Shown here in pieces: positions 24,218 through 35,738 of a stretch of DNA of 64,000 bases (position 1 is its first letter; every line of letters starts with the position of its first letter). A program made the translations under genes and the position numbers. Below the pieces are notes generated by a model. That model saw only the letters and a program-made list of their open reading frames with translations. It searched no databases and was not told the DNA's origin. This DNA is from Tubulanus polymorphus (Eukaryota > Animalia > Nemertea), in contig NC_134033.1 of NCBI RefSeq assembly GCF_964204645.1, forward strand, positions 2,748,131-2,812,130. Reading direction: 5' to 3'.

Positions 24218-27200
24218 ATGATGGTGGCTGGAAGTCTCACCGCCGTGTTGGCAGTTTTGTTTTTGGCGGCAACTTCAGTCGTTTTAACGGAGGCGCAAAT
24301 TCCAGCTAAATTCAAGAGACTTTACACTAAAGGGACCAGAGGAAAGGTAATAACGGGGTTTTTTATTGAAAATAACTTCCCCGGAAGAGTGAGCTGATAG
24401 AATGTCTAATGTCTGGTGTTTGTAGTTGATTTTCATTTAGAAATGTCTCAGGTGAAGCACTGAACACATGTGAAGTGTGGACGATCAGTTTTTGAAAGAG
24501 TGCTGATAAAATGTCTAATGTCTGGTGTTTGTAGTTCATTTTCAATTAAAAATGTCTCAGGCGAAGTACTGAACACATGTGGTGTGGCCGATCAGTTTTT
24601 GAAGCTTTGCTTATAAAATGTCTAATATCTGGTGTTTGTATTTCATTTTCAATTAAAGATGTCTCAGGTGAAGCACTGAACACATGTGAAGTGTGGACGA
24701 TCAGTTTTTGAAAGTTTGCTGATAAAATGTCTAATATCTGGTGTTTGTAGTTCATTTTCAATTAAAAATGTCTCAGGTGAAGTACTGAACACATGTGAAG
24801 TGTGGACGATCAGTTTTAGAAAGTTTGCTGATAAAATGTCTAATATCTGGTGTTTGTATTTCATTTTCAATTAAAAATGTCTCAGGTGAAGCACTGAACA
24901 CATGTGAAGTGTGGATGATCAGTTTTTGAAAGTTTGCTGATAAAATGTCTAATGTCTGGTGTTTGTAGTTCATTTCTAACTCTGGTGAAGCTCGAAGCGT
25001 GCTGATAAAAAGTAAAGTAAAGAATGGTGAAAAATAACGAATGTCCGATGTCGTGCTTATAGTCCAGGCTGATTGGTATACGAGGTGTGGAGACTGCCGA
25101 TTGAGACACCTGCATATTTAAAAATATTCTCAATGATTTTCAGATGTCTTCAGTGATGGGAAACTACGCTCAGGGATCGTGTAATATGGGTTTACAGAAG
25201 GTTGATAGTACCGGCTATGACGGCTATGCTCCCGTTGCGATTGGCGACAATAATTTCTACCGTGGAATGGCCTGTGGCATGTGTTTAGAGGTAATCCGTG
25301 CAAATAATCATTCTATCCCCGAATTTCTCGGTAAAAGTTTGCAAAATACATAACAAACCAAACGGATTCTTATATCATCTCGATCTCAACATAGAATCCC
25401 GTACTAGGAATAAAAAGAGTCCGAAATGTTTCCCTTGGCTAGTTTAAAGTTTATCCGACTTTTGCAACCATATCCTATACGTAATAGACATCTTCAGGAA
25501 TCCGTCCAGCAAAATAGTGGTCAAATGCTTAGCAAAATTGTTGTTGGAAATCTCTATCTTTGTTTTTGGCATTCGTGCAAATTTGTCCAGACGATCGATA
25601 TTGTTTGTATAAATACGCGCGCAGACGGATATTTATCTACACGTGTGTGCATCTATATCAGTCTTCCGCTGCTGAAAGAGTGCAGTCAGGTTTATTGGAT
25701 GAGTTAAATTAATTTCCTGAAATTTCACGCATTATTAAATTTGTGAATTGATTTTAATATTTGAATTACAGATACAATATAATGGCAAGAGGTATATTGG
25801 ATTGGTCAAGGATCAATGTGGGGGCTGCCCACGACCAGGTAAACAGTGTTTGAATCTTGGAATTCATATTCAATCCGCACAACTGTGGAACTGGATCCAG
25901 AGTCAAATTAAACCCACACAACCGTGGAACTGGATCCAGAATCAAATTAAACCCACACAACTGTGGAACTGATTCCAGAGTCAAATCAAAACGACACAAC
26001 TTTGGAACTGGATCCAGAGTCAAATTAAACCCACACAACTGTGGAACTGGATCCAGAGTCAAATTAAACCCACACAACAGTGGAACTGGATCCGGAGTCA
26101 AATTAAACCCACACAACTGTGGAACTGATTCCAGAGTCAAATTAAACCAACACAACTGTAGAAATGGTTCTAGGGTCAAATGAAACCCACACAACTGTGG
26201 AACTGGATCCAGAGTCAAATGAAACCCACACAACAGTGGAACTGGATCCAGAGTCAAATTAAAACGACACAACTGTGGATCCATAGTCAAACTAAAAACC
26301 ATGTGGAACTCAAGAATGGAGAATGACAAGCTATAACAATTATACGTCAAGGGCGACCTAGACAGGGGGCTATTCTGGTCGACAGACTGAGAACTGGGTT
26401 GGAGGTTTAATGACTGCGTTTACATAGAAAAGCTGGGGGGGGGGGGGGGTCTTAGAAAAATGTCTATCCGATCTTAGAAATTTGTTCCTTACGTATATAT
26501 CATTCTATTTCAGGCGGTTTCAACGTTGGACTGAGCTTACCGTCGGGATACAGAAGAAACCGCTGGAAAGCTATACCCTGCCCGGTCACGGGCGAGGGTC
26601 TGAAGTATAGATTTAAGCAGGCTAACCGCTGGTGGACTCAAATGGCGTTTTCCAATAACAAGTACGAACTCTGTTAACAAACACACCTAAATGTTGTCCT
26701 TTCTAACAAATGCAATCACAATTCTCAATTGTTATCGGGCCATTACATCATATCAGTTATTTTCAACAATATCAAGCAGTAGATGTGTTATTATTTTCGT
26801 CAAGGCGTCAAAGTTTCAAGTTGTCTTTTCTTGTTAATGTCCAGATATCCGATAGCTTTCGTTGAGTATAAAAGTGGAAATCGATGGGTGAAGGTGAAGC
26901 CAGCCGGTTACGCGGCGCTGTTCACGATGACCCAAGTCGCCGGTAGCGGTAAATTTGATATCAAGGTCACCGATATAATGGGTACTGAAACACAAGCGAA
27001 GACTTCTGGTTGGAATAGTAAGTTTGTTTTTTTTTGTTGATATGACTCATGACAGATTTGTAAGTGTTGATTTCATGTATTCTATTTGTAGCCTTTTTCA
27101 AGCCATTACAAGAAAATGCCAAACCTCCAACCACAGAACCCCCTACACCAGAACCGCATACCACAGAACCCCCAACACCCGAACCGCATACCACAGAACC

Positions 27201-29903
27201 CCCAACACCGGAACCGCATACCACAGAACCCCCTACACCGGAACCGCATACCACAGAACCCCCTACACCAGAACCGCATACCACAGAACCCCCTACACCA
27301 GAACCACATACCACAGAACCCCCTACACCAGAACCGCATACCACTGAACCCCCTACACCAGAACCGCATACCACAGAACCCCCAACACCAGAACCGCATA
27401 CCACAGAACCCCCTACACCAGAACCGCATACCACAGAACCCCCTACATCAGAACCGCATACCACAGAACCCTCTACACCAGAACCGCATACCACAGAACC
27501 CCCTACACCGGAACCGCATACCACAGAACCCCCTACACCAGAACCGCATACCACAGAACCCTCTACACCGGAACCGCATACCACAGAACCTCCAACCACA
27601 ACGACAGTTGTACAAACCACTACACTTAACAACTTAGGTCCTAAATCGTTGTACGAACTCTTCGAGGTAAGTTTTGGAATAAGAAACAGATGAGTATTCG
27701 CCGAAAGATGATCAGAAATCTCAACATAAATTCAAATACATATTTTGCAGCGACGTGATGGAGTCATGTCAACTCACATGGCATCGGAAAGTTCGGGATC
27801 ATGCGGAATGCCATCGGAGGTGCGGCCAGCCGGTCCACTACACGGATATTTCGGTTACGCGGCTGTAGCGCTGGGCTCTGATTACTACCACGAGTCTTTA
27901 ACGTGTGGAATGTGCATGGAAATAACGTACAACGGGAGGAAGTACCTGGGAATGGTCAAAGACGTCTGTTACGGCTGCCCGACTCCAGGTGAGTTAACGT
28001 AGTAAGCCCGTCCTTCGCCACTACTGCCTTAACCTTCGTTTCCCAATTTCTAGAACTGAAAAATCTGTAAATAGTTATCAGCGAAATCGATCGTGTAAAA
28101 TTCATGGGAAATATAGCGTTTTTAAAAGTTGCTAGATTCTGTTATGGTTCTAGCGACTTAAGGCCGATCTAAGGCCATTTTTAAGACTTTAAGTCGTAGC
28201 ACCTGAGGGGCCGGTTCCATAGACAGGGCTTAGACTTCAGACCGTTCCAAGACAAACTTAATTCTATAGCCAATCTGATAATTTAAGACCAGTGTTAAGG
28301 TTTAAGACCTCTTTTGGTCTGAAGTCCTGACTACGGAACCGGTCCCTTGGGCCCATAAAATTAACCAGAAATCCCTCGTTGGTTTTATCAGGGAAATGTA
28401 ATGAGACCTCCCTGGTTTTATAGATCGATGATGTTTATTTCGTTTTTGTTGAAGGTGGTTTCGATATCGCGATGCAGCTTCCGTCGGGCTGGATCCCGAA
28501 TTCGTGGAAAATGGTGCCGTGTCCTGTTCGCGGTAACATACAGTACCGATTCACCGAAAAAAACAAATTCTGGACGCAATTAACATTTCACAATTACAGG
28601 TATGGAAATAGTTCTTCCGAGGGATGCACGTAGAAGCATTTTTTCTTTTTAGTTTCTTTGATGATGGAGTTTTAGGAGTAACCCCGAAGCAGTAAGAAAA
28701 TAGACTTTTCTTCATATAACTGTGCGTTTTATTTTTTACGTAGAAGAAAGAAGATTTTTACAACAAAAATTTTAGGGCGTTCCGGGATCAGTTGCGCATC
28801 GTACCTTGAGTACAAGTGTTCCTAAATCTTGAGACTAGCCTTAAGTTATTGTATTGGTTATAGAACTAAGATGAACTTTATGATAGCGAATTTTAATGGT
28901 AATCGGGATATTGTGGGAGTGGATGTGTGTACTACGTCATTGATATTGGGGCTGGACTGGTTGGCGTTCAATATTGTCGATATATTCAAATTGAAAATAA
29001 CTTTCTTGATCCTTGATATTATATCATTCATAGTATATCATTCGTTGTCGAAGATATCGAGCAATATGTGGGTTATTCTTCAAGACGTCAATAAACTTTC
29101 ATGTCAGTTTTATCTTTAGAAATGCCATTTACGAAGTGAATTACCGATGGCCGGGAGAAGAGACGTGGCGAGCGACCGAACGCGCTAAATACGGCGCGTT
29201 CTTCATCATGAAGGACGTACCCGCAGACGGCGTCATCGAGGTCAAGGTCAAGTCCATCTTCAACTACGACGTCGTCGGCCGTACTACCGGCTGGAGTGAG
29301 TGTAGGCGGATCTTACAGGGATCCGTCAGAAATCTACCACCCGATTTAACACAATTTCGATGGAAATACCATTCTTAATTACTACAATGCCAAATACGAC
29401 CGACCTACGCCCAGCTATCTAAAGCCGGGCGTAGGTCGGCCTTGCGACGGCTTGCGACTCACTGCGACGCGACTTACTGCAACCGCCAGCGACGATCGCG
29501 TCGCAACGACCAACCGACCTACGCTACCTTGCGACTGCCAGCGACGGGTTGCGACTGGCAGCAACGCCAGTCGCAATGAGTCGCACATGTTCTACTTTCT
29601 GCGACGCGACGCGACCATCGCAACCGATCAACGCGCTCTTGCGACTGAAGAGCAACTAGTCGCACACGGTCGCTGACAATCGCGTCGCAACCGACTTGTG
29701 CAGCCACTTGTGATGCAACGCGACGATCGCGTCGCGTCGCAAGGTCGACCTTCGGCCAGCTTTCAAAGATGCGCCTTGCTCTGTTCAGTTCACGTACCGG
29801 TATGTTAATTTTCAATTGATTTTTTTTTGTAGATTTGGATTACCAAGATTTCGGTGTTCAGCAGCCAGCAGTTTGCATTCAAACGACTCCCGATTCTGAC
29901 TGA
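24218..29903 (+). CDS. Secreted tandem expansin-like protein: signal peptide, EXLX/YoaJ module (DPBB+CBM63), Pro/Thr/Glu/His linker, second EXLX module; 622 aa
   Basis: Exons 24218-24346, 25144-25290, 25772-25838, 26514-26661, 26845-27017, 27092-27666, 27751-27988, 28455-28599, 29120-29295 and 29833-29903 total 1869 nt in one frame. Motifs: GSC, ACGMCLE, VKDQCGGC, WKAIPCPV..YRFK..RWW..NNKYPIAFVEY..W..GY..KVTDIMG; module 2 TCGMCME, VKDVCYGC, GGFDI, WKMVPCPV. AATAAA at 29908. Confidence 0.9.
24400..24975. repeat. ~109-bp tandem repeat x ~5 in intron 1 of the expansin-like gene
   Basis: aaatgtctaat(a/g)tctggtgtttgt recurs at ~24401, 24510, 24617, 24726, 24835 and 24944. Confidence 0.92.
25872..26290. 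repeat. 39-bp minisatellite, reverse complement of the 6558-6980 family
   Basis: cacaactgtggaactggatccagagtcaaattaaaccca x ~10. Confidence 0.92.
27130..27597 (+). repeat. Coding 30-bp tandem repeat encoding (TTEPPTPEPH) x ~15.5
   Basis: accacagaaccccctacaccagaaccgcat units inside exon 27092-27666. Confidence 0.95.
29421..29763. mobile_element. TIR element with internal GCGAC repeats in the last intron of the expansin-like gene
   Basis: AAAGCCGGGCGTAGGTCGGCCTTGCGAC ... GTCGCAAGGTCGACCTTCGGCCAGCTTT imperfect inverted ends. Confidence 0.7.
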
Positions 29904-30614
29904 TATCAATAAATACAAATTTACGAAAGACAAGACGTGTATTTCTCATTAGTTCGTCATCGGAGAGGAGAGAGAACATTCCGGGACCAGTTACTGAGGG
30001 GGATGTCCACTAAACACCAGACATTGTGCTCGGATGCTGGATCGATGCTAATTCGAACCCCCTATTCGAATTCCTCGGGACGCCTGACTATCCATTGGTT
30101 AAATGTAATCAACTTTTGAGCAAAAGGCACCCCGGTGTTTTTGGCCTATTACACCAACCAGAACAGAACGTTCATTGAGAACCGCCGTTGCATGTACCGC
30201 CAGGAACGCGAGCATACTGAGTTCGAACATTGATAATCCATGTATCGAAATACTGATCTTAACTCTGAGAGTCGCACTTAACTAAGAACGTTCGTAAATG
30301 CTTTGGTTATCTTTTTTGTTTACGTATATGGCGACTCTCTAGCGCGACATTACGTGCGCAACGCCTCTTTATCCCTAACCTATAGAGCAGAACCAGTGAC
30401 TCGGTAGTAGTTGCTAAACAGAGATTCATCGTACACACCCCGTCGAAGATACGTCAATCCCGCTGGCTCGCTATTACTGATGATGGCTGTCAGTAAAAAC
30501 CGAAATGTTGTGGGTTCATTTTCGCGATAGAACGACTTCTCGTTTAACGTGGTCATTTTCGTTTTATCGCGGCAATTTCTCGTTTTAATGTGGTAATTTT
30601 GCACCATTTGTGCT

Positions 30615-31667
30615 AATGAGCTAGGTCTCAGAATGAGCTAGGTCTCAGAATGAACTAGGTCTGATAATGAGCTAGGTCTGGCGGGAATGAGCTAGGTCTC
30701 AGAATGAGCTAGGTCTGGCGGGAATGAGCTAGGTCTGGGAATGAACTAGGTCTGATAATGAGCTAGGTCTGGCGGGAATGAGCTAGGTCCGATAATGAGC
30801 TAGGTCTGACGGGAATGAGCTAGGTCCGATAATGAGCTTGGTCCGTCGGGAATGAGCTAGGTCTCAGAATGAGCTAGGTCTGAGAATGAACTAGGTCTGA
30901 TAATGAGCTAGGTCTGGCGGGAATGAGCTAGGTCTGGGAATGAGTTAGGTCCGTCGGGAATGAGCTAGGTCTGATAATGAGCTAGGTGTGGTGGGAATGA
31001 ACTAGGTCTGGGAATGAGCTAGGTCTGGGAATGAGCTAGGCCTGGGAATGAGCTAGGTCTGGGAATGAGCTAGGTCTGGGAATGATCTAGTTCTGAGAAT
31101 GAGCTAGGTCTGATAATGAGCTAGGTCTGGGAATGAGCTAGGCCTGGGAATGAGCTAGGTCTGGGAATGAGCTAGGTCTGGCGGGAATGATCTAGTTCTG
31201 AGAATGAGCTAGGTCTGATAATGAGCTAGGTCTGGGAATGAGCTAGGCCCGGGAATGAGCTAGGTCTGGGAATGAGCTAGGTCTGGGAATGATCTAGTTC
31301 TGAGAATGAGCTAGGTCTGATAATGAGCTAGGTCTGGGAATGAGCTAGGCCTGGGAATGAGCTAGGTCTGGGAATGAGCTAGGTCTGGCGGGAATGATCT
31401 AGTTCTGAGAATGAGCTAGGTCTGATAATGAGCTAGGTCTGGGAATGAGCTAGGCCCGGGAATGAGCTAGGTCTGGGAATGAGCTAGGTCTGGGAATGAT
31501 CTAGTTCTGAGAATGAGCTAGGTCTGATAATGAGCTAGGTCTGGGAATGAGCTAGGCCTGGGAATGAGCTAGGTCTGGGAATGAGCTAGGTCTGGCGGGA
31601 ATGATCTAGTTCTGAGAATGAGCTAGTTCTGAGAATGAGCTAGGTCTGATAATGAGCTAGATCTGGC
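30615..31667. repeat. 17/20-bp satellite (AATGAGCTAGGTCTGGG) with higher-order 102/105/207-bp periodicity
   Basis: About 60 monomers; the variant aatgatctagttctgag recurs at 31081, 31186, 31288, 31393, 31495 and 31600. Confidence 0.95.
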
Positions 31668-31969
31668 ATTAGTTAACAGTCTATCGCTAATAGTTCTAAG
31701 ATTTTTCTTCGAATTCAGCGACAATTCATACACAATGGAAACTAGATTTTTTGAAATGTAGTGCGAACTGTTCTAAGATATTTCTTGTGCATTCTAATGA
31801 AGACTGGTCCACTTCTTATATTTGACCGATGCTAATGAATCCAGCTAATGAATTATTGATACCCACTGGTCCACTTCTTATTCATTGTATTTGAAATGAA
31901 TATTTTTGAGTTTGTTAGAATAGTACAGAGGGTGTGGTACGTATTATCATAGAACCACGCGTTTGTAGT

Positions 31970-34200
31970 TCAGTGGTATTTTGTAGCCAGTGGTGGTCGT
32001 GTCCATTGAACCGCATTACGACAAACTCAGTTCATATCGTGTCCTGTTATTGTCCTCGGTCTTTGAAATCATGTTATACGTGTTCGATTTGAATTGAACC
32101 AATTCTGAGGATTAATTCTTAACACACGTTGAATTCACTACACGCGCATATATGTCCAGTCCTTACGTGAGGTTAGGTGAGTTGAATCGGGATTTTGTAA
32201 ATCTATAAGCTATAAGGGCTCGGGCTTCTTTACTTGAATATTGATTCATCAGTCAGAATTGAAACCTGTAAAATATGAAATTGTTTTCTTTTTCAGATCA
32301 GCCATTCCTCATTGAGGACCTCATTGCTTCCAATACCGCGGGGCTGACTAAACCAACGCTGTTTTCAAAATAATCTATGATTCTCCACACAGAATTGAAT
32401 TGGTGGTGAGTAGATTTGTAGGTGTTTTAATACTGGATACAACGGATTCAATGTACATGTATCGAGTCCAATTAAAAATCATAACGATGATCATTACGTT
32501 TTTTTTCAGAGGAGCTCTTCTTCCTCTGTCAATGCGTGCTGGACTTAATCAACTAATACACAGTGGACTTCAGGCCTTCCTCGCTTACTCGGGACCTGTT
32601 TGCTGTCAATACCTGCTGCGGACTAAATCAACAAATGCATAATTGGAATTCAGACATTCCTCGATTACTCCAGACCCGATTGCTGTCTGCGTGCTGGATT
32701 TTACCAACCTGGACCAACAGACCAGTAGAATGTTGTAGCCTGCTTGGATGTCATATCTTCTAAGAAACAAACAGAAGACTGATCGAAGTAATCCATGAAT
32801 TGGTGAGTAGAATTTCTAACAGTTTTTCGTATAGGAAACTTAGGTTAGGTCGGGTTTAAGCCTATCTATCAAACAGATTGGTCCTCGTTACAGCAATTTC
32901 GGATACATTAGACTACTAACATTCCTCTTAACTCGAATTAATTTCTGACTAGTGTTAAATGTTTGAGGTGTTAGAAAAACCTGATTGATATTCTTGATTA
33001 TTCTTTTGTTGTAATGGTTCTAAATCTGTATTAAAGTTTGAAATGATAATTCCACTTGCCGGTTTTGACAAATTTGAGTTAAGAGGAGTCCTATGTAAAA
33101 CCATTTATCAGATAAAAGAAACTTATTCCATAAAACTGGACAATGAAATATTACTTGTAAATTCAACTTGTAACCGGTTCAATCGTCCGAGACATTTATA
33201 CAGCACCTGAGAGTAGTCGAGCTATAGGCTTGGGAAGGTGGTCGCAATTATTAAATATAGATCGCAATTTTGTCCTAAATCATTGATTCAAATTAGTTTC
33301 GATCGTCTGCTTGCCTGGAATTATGAATGTAATCTCTGATCGGTCAAGGACGATTAATCCGGTTATGACGAGTGGTATGAAGTTCGGGTTTGACTATTTC
33401 ACGGAACGGCTTCGTATTGTAATAATGTTATAAATGTGTGAGTTACTTCGCTTAATTTACACTTGTCGTATAGTTTTCTCAGGAGACCGAGGAGGTAAGC
33501 TCGGTGGGCACAGGACGGCGCTCCGGCCCACCGGCGAATTCATGACAGAAATAGACTTTTTTACTAAAATGGTTTTTTACATTTCCGACCAACAGATGAT
33601 CCCCTCGTTTACCAGACCTAACACCTTGCCACTACACACTCAACCTCGCTTAAGTCATTATCAGATAATCATCACACTACATCAGTATTTCTAATAACAA
33701 TTCTCTGGAGTAATTTGTAATACGTTCTTTCGGTAAGTCATCATCTAAACGATTCTCCCAACTAAAGAAGACTTAAGCGATGTTGACTGTACTTTCTCCG
33801 AGCCGAATGAATGAAGACATAGCTATTTTGTGATGGCCCTTCCTGGTTCTTGGAAAAATGATGGCAGATTTTGAATAACATTATCGTGGAAACCATTGCG
33901 GAAACCACTTGGCTTGGTCCAAAGTTGTTACAGCCTGTGAGCGCTGTGACTGCACCCTCACTTATTGATGTTAACTCGGCATTCTTTATTTCATTGTTAT
34001 CTTTAAGTGAAAAATAAATCATATCATGTTATTGTGTTCTGTTTTAAGTTTGTAATTTTGGTTGAATCTGCGACAAGTGTAAATTACTTATTCTCTTATT
34101 GTTCTTGCTCAGTCACACGTGTAAAAACAGTAAAATACATTGAAGTGAAGCTTGATGCAATTGATACAAAGTTTTTTCGAGTTGTTCCTTGAGTGAACAC
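31970..34200 (+). repeat. Large interspersed repeat with exon-like internal units (inverted partial copies ~34990-36410 and ~51750-52870; direct fragment ~56010-56140)
   Basis: Shared blocks include gtgtccattgaaccgcatta..gtcctcggtctttgaaat, cagatcagccattcctca, aacctaacc..tttcct..ctactcacc and gtgggcacaggacggcgctccggcccac. Confidence 0.8.
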
Positions 34201-34989
34201 GAAATAGTCGGAGTCTCCCTCCACCAGCGCGAACACGTCTCCCTCCATAGCCTTCCACTATCTAGGCCGTTTCGTGATGCAGTTCCACATATTTGGGGAC
34301 GGCGTTCTGCTTAGGGTTAGGTTTAGAGATTAAGACACTGTTAAAACGAATTTGAGTTAGAAATACACGTTGAAAAGGTATCACTGACGTGTCTAAAGCC
34401 TAACAACCACATCCACCTTTTCATAAATATGCCCTGCATATTTTTAAAATGTTGATGCTATTTGTTTTGTAGGGTGTCGTAGTATAAGTGAATAACGCTG
34501 TGAGGAGGTGGAATACCTGAAGATATGCGAGGTGTAAATACTGAAATTCATTGCGTGTGTGTTCAATGAAAATAAAGTGTTTGAAATAAAGAATTCGATT
34601 TCTGCAATTTAGGTCGGGTTTAAGAACTTTTCATAGAAATACCGAAATAACAGGTTTCGTCAACACACCAAACGCTCGAAGTTCAAGAGAATTCGAAATG
34701 GTTATAGATAAATGCATTATTTCGAAAGTTTCTATCTTGGTTTTCAATATTTCAAATCGCTAAACACTTCACTTACCTAGAGGAACGCGACATTGTCAAA
34801 TGTATATCGTTATCGGAACCTTGAACCAGCAGCGGAGAGAAGTCCTTATACAGCACCAGCATATGAGCAAAGCGTCGTTACAGCATCCAAACTCTACCGG
34901 GTGGTTCTTAGAAAACGCAACAGATGTCATTTTTCGGATATATTCATAACCGAAGATAATAAACTGATTATAAAACTTTTTATTCAACT

Positions 34990-35645
34990 AAGCCAGGTAT
35001 TCACTCAAAGATCAGCTTTACTATTTCGATGTATTGTATTTGGTTTATTGGTTTTATACGTGTGACTGAGCAAGAATTATTAAAATAAAGGAGACTCGTA
35101 ATTTACACTTGTTGCAGATTTAAATAAAATGACAAATTTGAAACCTTGATTCCTACATGATTTTATTCAAAATTGTACAAAGTTTATTCGAATGTAAAAT
35201 CGGTTTCTGGGACAAAATCATTTCTGATGAGGCTCTGCTTGCTTAAGTTGATGACATCTCCATTCGTCAGCCAGATACCAGTTACAGGAACATTATTTCA
35301 ACTTTTAAATCAATCTCTACAGTAATTCAGTTAATTGGGAAATTAGTGGCACGAGCTTGAGGATTTGTGAATGAAGTTGACGTCTGACAGGACGCAAAGC
35401 GCAATAACCATCTCGGTGAAAGTCAGTTTCTAACCTCCATCAGTCTGTGGGCCGGAGCGCCGTCCTGTGCCCACCGAGCTAACCTCCTGAGTCTCCTGAG
35501 AAAACTCTACGACAAGTGTAAATTAGCGAAGGCGACATCTGTTGCGTTGTTTAGAACCACAATCTCCGGACCCGGTGACTTACACATTTATAACATTATT
35601 ACAATAAGAAGCCATTCCGTGAAATAGTCAAACCCACACTTCATT

Positions 35646-35738
<93 letters not shown>

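Noticed and set aside
26967-27637. GGSVVCGSGV and other alternative-frame repeat ORFs
   Set aside because: Only the TTEPPTPEPH frame fits the splice phases of the flanking expansin exons.
24218-29903. Bacterial contamination as the explanation for the expansin-like sequence
   Set aside because: It has nine spliceosomal introns containing the same host repeat families found elsewhere in the window.
30615-31667. CRISPR-like appearance of regular repeats (also at 24400-24975 and 38395-38682)
   Set aside because: No unique spacers, no cas genes, and a eukaryotic context.
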